This document shows positions 1 through 11,151 of a DNA stretch of 64,000 nt, in pieces. Source of the stretch: Bigelowiella natans CCMP2755 (taxonomy: Eukaryota > Protista > Cercozoa); assembly GCA_000320545.1 (NCBI GenBank), contig ADNK01001820.1, forward strand, positions 91,630 to 155,629. Direction: 5' to 3'. Position numbers and translations under genes: made by a program. Position 1 is the stretch's first letter. The number at the start of each line of letters is the position of its first letter. The notes below the pieces were generated by a model that saw only the letters and a program-made list of their open reading frames with translations, was not told where the DNA came from and did not search any database.

Positions 1-332
1 CGTAAGAGGAAGGCGTAGCCAGCACAGCAGCATAGTAGCAGCAGCAGCAGTAGTTGTAGCAGAAGTACTCCTGCATTGCACAAGATCACCCCATCCTCTA
101 GTTCAGCATCAACAACAAATGAAACAAACCACAGCTCCATCCTGCATATCAAACACAAAGAAGAGGGCTGTCATAATGATCTCGAGGAGGAGGAGGAGGA
201 GGAGGAGGAGGAGGAGGGAGTAAGGAAAAGATATATATGCGGTCCAATATCGATTGCCACTCTATAATATTTGTTGATTTGATTCATTTGTCTTCTATTC
301 GTTCCTCCCTTCCTTCATCAGTATGCACACAG

Positions 333-465
333 ATGACCTTAAAGCGCTAGCAACACGCAACAAAGATCCAGAGGTGGTGGCTGCTGCTGCTGCTGCTGCT
401 GCCGAGGCACAGCGAGCGTATATGATGATCATCATCATCATTAACAACACATGAAACACAAGTGT

Positions 466-503
<38 letters not shown>

Positions 504-1060
504 TTCTATTCTTATTATTTTTACTATTCTTATTAGCCATCCTCTCCTCCTTGTCATCCTCTTATTTCTCTTCTTCCTCGTAAAAGGATGATTTCATGAT
601 TACGTTATACTAATAATCGAAGGAGGTTAAGGAGAAGAAGAAGGAGATAGATGAAAAGGAAAAAGACAAATGCTTGTCCTGCTACGGCGCTTCTACACAG
701 CCGGTATTTGAACAATTTCTCTGCCCTTCCTCTCTTACTTCTCATCTACGTTTGGAGTGTGTGGACGCAATTGTCACTGAATATCCTCCTCCTCCTCCTC
801 CTCCTCCTTTTCACTGTTAATCAAAGGGACAATGCTGCAACACGTGTGTGGAGCTACGTAGTGCATACACCGCTAGGTCAGATTATTCACACAAACACGC
901 GCAAACACAATTGTTCATTACGTAATCAGCGTGTTGATTTGCGACTACGACCTACGCTGTGTCTCAAGATGAAATCATCGACATATCTACATCGATTGAA
1001 TTTCGTCAGTTCTGACTCTTTTATTATTCCTTCTTGTATTTTACATATCTTTATTATGAT

Positions 1061-1104
<44 letters not shown>

Positions 1105-3354
1105 TTAATATACCGATGTGTATGTGTGTGTGTGTGTGTGTGTGCGTGTGCCAATAAAGATATGTATCAATATAAACTTTTCTGTTCAATTGACATAACG
1201 ACGGCACGATGGACATTGACATATACTCATAATTTTGATTATTATCATTATTATTGTTATTAATACTGTTATTATGCCTCCTTCATCGCAGAGGCTGGTC
1301 TCTCAATAGCTTGAAGGACACAACACAGGTCAATTCTACAACAGATGCCTACACAAATCTCCCGTTTACTTCTCTACTACCACCAACTACTACTACAACT
1401 ACTTCTTAAGGCTGATATTTTACTACTACTACTGCTTCGCAGTGCAAAGACCAGCCCCTTACGCCAAGATTTGAGCAACTCGAAAACCATGAGGTTGTAT
1501 GAATAATATGTACATACGTACAACCGTCTACGAATACATATGTAAGTGAGTGTGTGTGAGTGTGTGTGTGTATGTGTAAAATATGACAAATCGTTAAATA
1601 TTTTGATTTATATCACATACAAGTACATGTATGGTATATATAAAACAACAGCAATAACCGCGCTGCTGCTGTTGGTGTTGTTGTTGTTAGCGGTACCTAG
1701 GTCAATTGTTACTTACAAACTTATTGCGTTATTATTTGAAGATAGAGATGATGCTGACTGACATAGATTTCTAAGCAGAATTGAATGGATTTACATGGAC
1801 AGGCATGATATATACATCGTGATAGTTCTTCTGATTTTATGCTGTCATGCTTTACTTCTGCCAACATTGTCTAGGGGTGTCGTTTGACAGGGTACCTCAA
1901 TGTCTCGAAGGTACCAGTAGAAGAAGAAGAAGTAGTTGTAGTTTTATGTTTAAGAGGAGGGGGGGAAAGGAGTACATGCCTTCTTCATCATCATCATCAG
2001 CATCATCATCATTGCCCAGGTCGCAGGAAACTTTCACATATCTCCTGGAAAGACGCACGAAGTCAATTCAGTGCACGTTTACGATCTGGTGATCATCACA
2101 CATACTAAACGACAACCAACCGACCGATGGCAGCAGCAGCGACAGCAGCAGTAGCAGGGAGTGGAGGGAAGGGGAGAGAGAGAGGTTTTTGTGGATTTAA
2201 GAGAAAACTTCATTGTCATATTGATAGAGATGAGAGAGGATTGTATGGACTTGTCTAAGGTAGACATGATCGATAGTGGATGTGTGTGCTTGCTTTCGAT
2301 AGGGGGCGTTTCGAGACGGTCAATTTAATATCTCACATGATATTCACACTCTCTCCTTCGGAGATCACTATCCGGTTGGTCGTATTAGTGAATGAAAGCT
2401 AGAAGAGGGGAGGGGAAGAAGGGAAATCCACGATGATGATGAGGGATGATGATGATACGGTTGGAATTCATGCTGGTGCTGCATGTTGTTCGGCATATGG
2501 TGAAGAACATGGACAAGGACGCGGAAACACTGGATGTTGAATATAAAGCTCTCTACATAATCTCCAATGAGCATCAGCCAAATAGCAACAGCAGCAGCAA
2601 TAAATTCCCACTTACATACTACACAGACGACGATGTACATAAAATACACACAATACAGTTTTGTGGGTACATTATTCGTGTACTTTTTGACTTTTTCGGT
2701 GATTACATAACATCTGTAAACTGTTTCTAGGGCATCCACAACCAACTAGACGATACGCGCAAGATTTTTAACAAATCAGGTGTGTGGTCGTCTTGCAGTG
2801 TGTATCATGTATTATGTACATGTTTGAGTGGGTGTGAGAAAGAGAGAGTGAGTGGGGGGGGCGGAAGGGATGCTGTGAAGGTCTTAATTCATGGGATCTT
2901 TCCACCTCGTCCTTCTTTTTCATTTTCTAAACCCCTTCTCTGTTTTTCTACCTCTATCTCTCTCATGCAAACCTCCAAGTAAATATTGGAATGTTCCAGT
3001 ACTACATCAAAGTAGTTCCTACGAGGTATCACGCCGAGCAATCTATATGATATTATGAGTTGTATAATGAGGATATAGGAGGAGGAGGAGATATGTGGTG
3101 GTGGTGGTGGTGGTCGTGGTGGTGATGGTGTTCTTGCAGTTGCTTATTTTGTGATGTGATATTATATCATATGGGGCACCAATGATGTGATGCAGATACA
3201 CGTACATGGACGGGACATCTATTGAGACTAACCAGTTCTCAGTCACAGAGCATCTAAGGTCATTTTGTGTATGTGTGCGTGTCCGTGCTGCTTATGTTTG
3301 TATGTAGTGAGTGGTGATCACTTTATCATTGTTTGACTTCAATCGCCAAACCGA

Positions 3355-3394
<40 letters not shown>

Positions 3395-4175
3395 ACTCTG
3401 CGTGCGGGTGTCTCTCCTTTCTTATCTTATGCGCTGCAGGAACCTTCCTAACCTACAAAGCTTAAAGCCTGGCAACCTTCCAGGTATACTACTGCAAGTA
3501 CTACGCTTACATAAGCGCAGCAGCAGTAAGATGTTGTTGCTTGCTGTTCTAGGCGTGTTCGTCTACTACGATTTCTCTCCGATGCGCGTGGAAATTACCG
3601 AGGAAAGGCAGTCAGTCACGCACTTTCTCACGCAGGCAACAACTAACACTTAATCGTCGCCACGCGAGACAGAACATATGATGACGAATAACAACAACAT
3701 TATTAATAACGCACAAAAACGACTTGAGCGTAAACGTTGTTTACATTCAACCAAACAACACATATGAGAGATGAATCTCGTGCCTTTTACGAGTAACTAT
3801 TGTTCTTTTCTGCCTCGACTTCTTTTAACTCTTAGTTATGTGCGATACTGGGAGGAGTCTTTACTGTTGCCGGCATGGTCGATCAGGTGTACCATCAAAA
3901 AACAATTTTATAGTACTACAGCTTTTTGTACCTTAAAACCATACTTAGTAATACACATACTATTGGGGAGAGAGAAAGAGAGAGAGATAGAGAAAGAGAG
4001 ATAGAGAAAGAGAGAGGGAGCTATATATACGTACTTTGATTTGGATAGCCATCAAACATGAGACGTGCACTTTGACATTATTCTTTGGCATTTGATGTTA
4101 CCGTAACTTTTTTAGATGGTGTATCAATCAATGAAGCAGATTCAGAAAAAGGTTTCTATTGGAAAACTATCCTAA
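333..4175 (+). CDS. ERGIC3: ER-Golgi intermediate compartment protein 3 (Erv46 family), multi-exon, 5' end upstream of the window
   Basis: Manually spliced exons give CLSCYGA..GQCCNTCVELRSAY..GWSL, GCRLTGYLNVSKVAGNFHISPGK, FNISHDIHTLSFGDHYP, GMFQYYIKVVPT, IETNQFSVTEH, LPGVFVYYDFSPMRV, HFLTQLCAILGGVFTVAGMVD. The last exon (4116-4175) is MVYQSMKQIQKKVSIGKLS*. These are hallmark ERGIC3/Erv46 motifs. Confidence 0.93.
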
Positions 4176-5295
4176 CTAAGATGGGAGGAACAAATTCGGC
4201 GTGACATGCATTGTCAATTCTGAAACCGAGTGTTGCATGCGAGCATGCTAGCATGTGCTATGCGGTTCAGAAATGGAACAAGCCTGCTTCTAAATCATCT
4301 AAGACATGAATGTGAAATGAAAAGCATGTTTCTTGGCAATTGCTATGAAGTACACGCGTAGCGTTGCTTCACAATGTTAGATTCGACATGCAATGTTGCA
4401 AGCAAGCGTTGCGCAACTGGCCAGACACGCTAGCATGAGCTTATCTAGTTAGCTTAGTCTAGCTAGCTAGGCTAATGATCAAATCCGCAACAAACTACGA
4501 AACTGATGCGCACATGCACGTACGTCTAGATGTTCATCGCAATAATGCTGATGAGCATCAGCATCGCCGCTAATCGTGCCATGCTACCACTGACACTACT
4601 AGACTACATGCTATAGCATGCAGCATATGTGTCATTATGTATATCATGATCATGCAAGTGCAATTCTGTGCGCATTCGCGTTACACCTACGACAGCTAGC
4701 TAGCTAGCCAAGTGGCTCACGCGTGAAGCGCTCGCATGCGACTCGCTGCTACGCGCGCATCATGTCAACTTGCCATACGCCGCCCGCTGATCGACCACAG
4801 TCAGCATACAGTGTCTCTTAGAATGATTTCCGGACCACTGGAATAAGATGCTCCTCAGAGTTGGCAATGTACACACATTGCAAATTTTGGATTTCAGGTA
4901 TTTCATGAAGGTGGTAAAATTCAATTAAAGAATTTATTCAAATAAATTAAGATCTACAAATATATTGGAATTCATGTACATTATAGAAGATATAACAATA
5001 TCGTTTATTTACAAGTATGGCATTGTTCTGTAAGGCGTATGTTCCTTCTTGTTCGACGAAGGAATATACTTGCCATTCTTTTAACTAATTAGTCTGGGTA
5101 ATTCGGTTTTACATTGTGCAAGAATTAACTCATTGGTAGTCATTCGGCGGGGGAAGAGATCCCAGATTAAACACCCACTTGAACCTGGCCCCTTAAAACA
5201 GGGCTTAGAATCGCATGGTATAGAATTTACAAATGCTAACAGGGTATTATGTCAAGCGATTATCCACAGAATATTCAACAAATAGAACTGCGCAG

Positions 5296-6012
5296 TTACA
5301 TTTGTTTCTGCTTCTGCTTCTTTCGACGCAATATATTTATTTTGAGCGGAGCCTTCTTTTTGAAGTCAACACAAGGCTGTGCTCGTAGTAACCCAATGTT
5401 GCGCTTTCTACTGGTCGAAGTTGCGCTCTGTGAGGACTGTTTATGGGTCCCAGTATTAGTTTTACCAGAAAACTTCTGTGCTGAGGCTCTTTCGCTAAGG
5501 GGTTTGATTATATGACGGAGTTTTGGTGCAAGCTCTTGCTCTCTAAGAGACTCGAAGTCAGACTTTGTGGATTTGATAAGCTCTGCATGAAGACTATCAT
5601 TTTCCAATCCTTGTATCCTCTGGAGTTCATCCATGACTGAGGGGCGTGGGCTGCCCAACCTTCCTAGCATCTCTTTCATTGCTGCGTCCATTCTCAAGCC
5701 TTTGGCGACTAACTTTTTGATTTCGTGATCAAGAATAAGTGCCCTTTTGGCCTCTTCCATTCTCATTCGGCCTTTTACGACAACCCTGCAGATCTCGTCG
5801 TCATTTGGTCTACATTCGTCTTGGTCACTTGTGCACAGCCTGTACATCAGAATTTCTTCCACTTTCCCGCGAGGAATGCCAAGATTCACCAAAGATTTCG
5901 TCTCCTCCTCCATGCGGTACCGAAATCTTTCTAGCAAATCCTCTGTGTTGTCTGCTTCTTCTTTTGAAGGCTCCTGCGACTTCTCAGTGTCGGTGTATTC
6001 AAGGTATCTCAT
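5296..6012 (-). CDS. Hypothetical protein (238 aa, helical, basic C-terminus); the true start may be in an upstream exon
   Basis: Uninterrupted ORF with protein-like composition and an NLS-like basic tail (LRRKKQKQK). No family recognised. Confidence 0.55.
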   Translation of the reverse strand: MRYLEYTDTEKSQEPSKEEADNTEDLLERFRYRMEEETKSLVNLGIPRGKVEEILMYRLCTSDQDECRPNDDEICRVVVKGRMRMEEAKRALILDHEIKKLVAKGLRMDAAMKEMLGRLGSPRPSVMDELQRIQGLENDSLHAELIKSTKSDFESLREQELAPKLRHIIKPLSERASAQKFSGKTNTGTHKQSSQSATSTSRKRNIGLLRAQPCVDFKKKAPLKINILRRKKQKQKQM

Positions 6013-6884
6013 CGATTTTATCTCAATCTTAGTCTATGACTTCTAGCTCTGTGTGCAATCAACTTCAAAAGAACCAATGGTTTCTAGATCATACGATGAA
6101 CGAAATAATGTTCTCGTTCCCTGAAAGAAGTGGAAAACTATGGGGGTAAAATGGACACTTCTCGCCAACTCAGCGTGGGAATGGTGTTGGTGTGGCTTAA
6201 TGGGTAAATTCGATTGAAGTTCCTTCAGGAAGTTTCTTCAGATGTAGAGGTGTAACAAAGAAGGGGGTTGTTATGCAATGTTATATTTTGGAGAATGTCA
6301 GTCACTCCTGCCCTTCCAACGCGTGAGTCAGACCTATCTCGAACCGAATCCCAGGAATCTTCAAAATTATTCTTGACATTTGTGTACATGCGACTGCATT
6401 TAGGGCTCAGTGTGTCAGTAGCTGCTCTATATTTCATAAGAGAGTCAAAATGTCGTAATTTTTTGAAAATCTTAAATCCAGATCGCGAGGGTCTCGGGTT
6501 AAAAAGAGGTATTTTCTCTTCGTTAGTGCGGATTGTGAGGATTTTACCAAAATGTAGGTAATAAATATTCCTATTTCCATATTTTATCTTGTCGTTTAGA
6601 TAAAATTCTCTCCCTTGCACGTATGCAAGCAAGCCACTCCAACTCAATCTCGGGTTATTGACGGTCGATACTGTCACTGATGAATAATGCCAGACAGAAA
6701 TTCAGAACTAAAAACATCAGCCAAAAATAGCATTACACAAATTGCATGCTAATGCAACATCGTCGTCATACTCACACTGGAATCGGTAGCTGGTACGACT
6801 CGTACGAGTATTCGTAACGCCAAACACTACTCAGTAATTTCTTCGTGCATTCATTCATACGTCTGCTGTGGGTCCGCGCGCGCG

Positions 6885-6925
<41 letters not shown>

Positions 6926-8182
6926 CTGGAGAAATCTATCTCGTCTTCGTCGGTGTTACTCGTAGTCGTCGGCGTCTTCGTCATCATTGCGTCGCACGAA
7001 CTCATGACATTAGGGGCTCGGAAAAAGACTTCGTTGCTACGCCTACTCCTTGCATAATAAACCAGCAGAGTTGATCTTCCGATGAGAAGGTCGACTCTGC
7101 ATTCGGCAAAAAATGCAATGCCATCTACTATCCCGGGGAAAATATTCTCGTTAATAAAGGGCGAATCGTATCCACTCGAGAAGACTACGGAATTAATTCT
7201 CAGAGCAGTAGAGTCATTTTTGAGCGGGTACGCCAATACTACATGCATCCCAGATAGAAAGTGTTCGCTCATTATACAAAGGCTACCATACGACCTCTGG
7301 TCGAGTCAAAACTTTTGTCCAGGTCTCTATATATGTGTTAATCGGAAATGACCTCCACCTCATTTGTAGTTTTAGGGGCTAAATATCATGTCTATATGCA
7401 TATGGTCATACGTATGGAGAACGATACATGTATTTTTGTGTATCAAAAATTACGCGAAGGATATCACCTACCAACGAAAGCTATTTTTTTGATATGATAT
7501 AAGCACATATTCCATTGATTTGTAAGTTCAAATTCCAAAATTATGGATTAGAAGATGCGATGAAAGTTAGGGAATCACGTTGTAGAACGACCTAAACAGA
7601 TGAATGCTAGAATGCGGTCAAGTCTCGTCACAAAGGGTTAGCTGACGAAACAAATGGCATTTTTGACGCACCATAATTACACGCAGTACGCACTACAGTA
7701 GTAACGTGTACGTACATCGTAACTGCAAAAACGCACGTGGCTGACACGCATGCACACGAGATGCACAATGATCACACCGTGTGACACGCAGCGCGTGTGT
7801 GCATTGATTGTCAATGCACAATAATGTAGCAGGGCCATGCCGCATGCACGCTGTTGTGCCATTGTGGCATTCCTTTCATGTGCAATGAAACGAGGTCATT
7901 GATCTTATACAACTCGCATGTATGCATCGTGTGGTCAGTCTAGCTAGACCACGCTTGCGCAACGCAATTGCACGTCGCATCTGTAATGATGTCTACACAT
8001 CGTGATGTGGTGCGATGCGCGTGCTGCGCGATCGAAGGGACAATGGAACCCCAACAGCAGCACGTCCATCAAGCAAGTCTAGAAGTGACAAAAGACACCT
8101 TGTGTGGTGTGCACATGACAAACCTGCACGGTTGTTGTGCACGCCTACCTAGCTACACATGGCTACATCGCACACGATGATA

Positions 8183-9753
8183 ATGGTGTGTGCAAATGGA
8201 CGTGACACCCACATTGAGTGCATTGCATGGCTGCGTGCCACGCATGCACCAATGTCTTCATGTGTGCCACTTTTTGTGCACAGCACAGCACATGCTCCAC
8301 TGACAGCACACACTTGATGTGCTGCACACGAGCTTGACTCACGTGCACACAACAATGGGACACAAGTGTGCATGGACACAGGACACGACGTTCAGCATCA
8401 TGTGATGCACGTGGCGGTGCGCAATTGACGATTTGTCTGAGCCCTTCCGCCATTGCTAGATTGTTGCGTGTGTGTTGTGCAATCGCCTGGCGCTGCAATG
8501 CCACTTGATCAGAGTTCGAAAGCAGGGTGCAGCCAGTTCGTTCAAAGGGCGGCGTTGCTTGGTTCGTTTGTCCATCACACAGCGACGCATTCTGGCATTG
8601 TTCAGCCACGTCGTCTGGCGGCCAACACGTCTGACAATTGCGTTTCTGTTCTGGACGCAAAGTGTGAAAGGAAGACACAGTGACGATCGTGCACAACGTC
8701 TTTTCCCTTTGCCTGCACCTTCGCCTAGATTTCAATTCGAGTTTGAACACCCTCAACACTGCTGGACTGGTCAAGGAGGCTTTTTCTCTGTCACGTTCTC
8801 ACTCATCGATGACACCTTTTGAAACGCAGCTGATTCAGTTTCCCAACACCAATTGCTCGTTGATCTCATTCTTTTCATCCCTCAATTTCTCGATTGTTCA
8901 CTGAGAGAGTGTCCACCTGATTTCCCCACACCTCCCTGTTTCCGTGCGCTGAAAACACGTCAAAGCTTGTTGTGCCTGCCCCCCGGACGCAAGCCTCGCA
9001 GGATGAGCACCTGTGCTTTCGAAATCCTCCCACTAGACGTTCCGTCATCATCGTCTGGCATCCTTTTCGCGTCAGAAGATCCACTCCGCTTCATCGAGTC
9101 TGTCCAGAGTCACGAGGCAATCAGCTTGCCATGAAAAGAGAATTGAGAGTTCGTTTCACGTCCGCTGCATGAACATTGAACATTGAACATGCATTGAACA
9201 TTTGACATGGCATTGATGCAAAATCTACACGAGCAAGAACCACATGGGGGACAAGCGCATGCGTGTAGCAGCGCCAACAAAAATCATCGCAAGCGCTCAG
9301 ACAGCATTCCATCGACCACGACAGACAACGCACAATGAACAATGATGACGAACTGCGTTTCCAAAACGTTGCAAGACATTTGCAGTGTGCGAAATGCAGT
9401 GCCTCGAACTGGCTTCAGTGAGGACTGTGACTAGCAAATCAACTAGCTGGTTTTTCAAAATGGCATGATTCAGTCATTGTGAAGCAATGACACTAGCGGC
9501 AAAATTCTGGCGGCGTCCACTCTGAGCAAAAACTTCCTGAAGGCCATGTCCACACAACGATCTACGTTTGGATCATCTGATGGCCCCCCCAGCAGAACTT
9601 TGGTTTTGAAAGAGTCTGGAGCTTCAAAGAATGAAGAGCAAAAGGAAGAAGCTGGGCCCAGAGCTGATCTCATGCACGAGAGAAGTTTGTTTCTCTCTGC
9701 ATTCCATTCACATCTCAGCTGAGTCAATCATGTGAACAAAATGCAAAACGCCG
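8183..9753. other. TpA-depleted, TpG/CpA-enriched island (putative hypermutated repeat DNA)
   Basis: Manual count gives 9 TpA in ~1570 bp (T at 8457, 8726, 9034, 9226, 9266, 9432, 9444, 9494, 9563): 6 in CTAG, 3 in CTAC/GTAG. TpA returns abruptly from 9754. Confidence 0.9.
9470..9727 (-). mobile_element. Possible 3' remnant of a non-LTR retrotransposon ORF2, mutated
   Basis: The translation LRCEWNAERNKLLSCMRSALG...KTKVLLGG..D.NVDRCVDMAFRKFLLRVDAAR resembles the post-zinc-knuckle tail of LINE ORF2 proteins (ERxxL...LLGG...FLxxxxxxR). Recognised by pattern only. Confidence 0.35.
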
Positions 9754-10041
9754 TACATACTTTATTCATATCCAGCATTTTATCAAGTCGTAGAAGTAAA
9801 AAAAGTTTGCGTTTCCATACAATGTCGTGCTGAAAGGTAGCAAAAAAAGAGGAATTTTTGGAGTCATCTCTGTGGCTCGAATCACAACCAGACGAACGTG
9901 CGATACTCCACGTTCCTCTCTCAATATCTAAGCTAGGGATAGGGAGGAGATAAAAGAAACTTGCTAGTTGCGCTTCACACAATAATAGGACAGTGGAACT
10001 GCGATTGATGGACAAGGGTTGTTGTAGTGGAGTGAGTTCCT

Positions 10042-11151
10042 ATGAATGGCCCAAAAAAAAAACATTTTATACCGAATGGTAAGGCTAATGGTGCAAATTT
10101 CAAGCCTAAGGTTGTCTCGAGAAGCCACGATGAATCAATCAATACCAAGGAGGCCCGGTTATCACGGCTGCGAGCAAAGTACGATTCATTCCTTTCCTCC
10201 CCCCATTTAGATAAGACGGCCAATAGTAGCGTGAGCGTGAGCGTAAACGGAAACAGTCCCAACGAACTCGCCTCGATCAATAACGAAAGATCAACGGATT
10301 TGGATCTAGATCCATTACACTTCCTCTCCTCCTCGTCACGAGCAATGTTAGAAAGCGGTCTAGATTACTCATCGCATATTACATCTCGAACCCAGCCTCT
10401 TACTGACCATCCTAGCCGCGACACTAGCGTATTTTCTTCTCCAAGATCTAGGGTCATTCTCCCTCCACCCCGACGTACAAATTTGGACAGCAATATTTCT
10501 AGTCATCAACATCATCATCACCTAAAGATTCCAAGACCCGCCCATTTTCAATCCCTTTCAACCCATTTACCTCGAGAGAAGCCCGTAAAGCGCTCGAATC
10601 GGTTTGCTTCTAACCATCTTCGTGCTCCTTCGCCATACTTAACACACACAAATGACACCAGCTCTGACGAGATGAGCAAGCGAAGTGCCCGAACTCTTCA
10701 AAGGGACTCTCTGAGACACAGCAGTCGCCCCACCTCTTTTATTCGTCGCTCTTACTCTGCCAGCGTATTCCCCACGAAGGGTGTTGGGAGAGATTTTCAG
10801 GAGAGGAAGGCTTTGGATATAACCTCAAACGCTGATTTGGGGCAACTACTTAGAAAACTGCAGGAGAAAGTTGATAGAATGGAGCGCACACTTTCTCGGG
10901 CGCAAACACCAACATCAGAATCTCGATATTCTGATGAGATCACTGAGAACAAAACCCCTGATCGGAAAAAACAGCATGATGTTAAAGAGACAGAAGTTCC
11001 ACACGACGATGATCCCCGAGATCTACCTGCGTGGGTTTTTGTGTTCCTTCTGTTTTTAGTTTCTATATTTTTGTATAGTGCTGGCCAACCTGTATTTCTT
11101 GTTGCAAATACAGCATTTATTTTTATACTGTCTCTAAAGTATCTAATATAG
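10042..11151 (+). CDS. Hypothetical intronless protein (369 aa): disordered S/R/P-rich body, short coiled coil, two C-terminal hydrophobic helices
   Basis: ATG-initiated ORF. Coiled coil LGQLLRKLQEKVDRMERTL. Hydrophobic segments LPAWVFVFLLFLVSIFLYSAG and VFLVANTAFIFILSL at the C-terminus. Confidence 0.7.
   Translation: MNGPKKKHFIPNGKANGANFKPKVVSRSHDESINTKEARLSRLRAKYDSFLSSPHLDKTANSSVSVSVNGNSPNELASINNERSTDLDLDPLHFLSSSSRAMLESGLDYSSHITSRTQPLTDHPSRDTSVFSSPRSRVILPPPRRTNLDSNISSHQHHHHLKIPRPAHFQSLSTHLPREKPVKRSNRFASNHLRAPSPYLTHTNDTSSDEMSKRSARTLQRDSLRHSSRPTSFIRRSYSASVFPTKGVGRDFQERKALDITSNADLGQLLRKLQEKVDRMERTLSRAQTPTSESRYSDEITENKTPDRKKQHDVKETEVPHDDDPRDLPAWVFVFLLFLVSIFLYSAGQPVFLVANTAFIFILSLKYLI

Noticed and set aside
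6225-7351. ORFs 6225-6677(-), 6772-7272(-) and 7082-7351(+)
   Set aside because: No recognisable motif or consistent splice model. They could be UTR or exons of the 5296-6012 gene, but I cannot support that.
8640-9130. Homology between this broken frame and the 13933-14520 ORF
   Set aside because: Only a few matching residues (RVxK..KS); too weak without an alignment score.
8149-9342. Several overlapping ORFs (up to 203 aa) as real genes
   Set aside because: They are by-products of the loss of TAA/TAG stops in the TpA-free island. They are Cys/His-rich, nearly Tyr-free and show no recognisable domains.
8183-9753. Fungal-type RIP or CpG-methylation decay as the cause of the island
   Set aside because: RIP would enrich TpA. 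CpG decay would deplete CG, which is still common here, and would not remove TpA.
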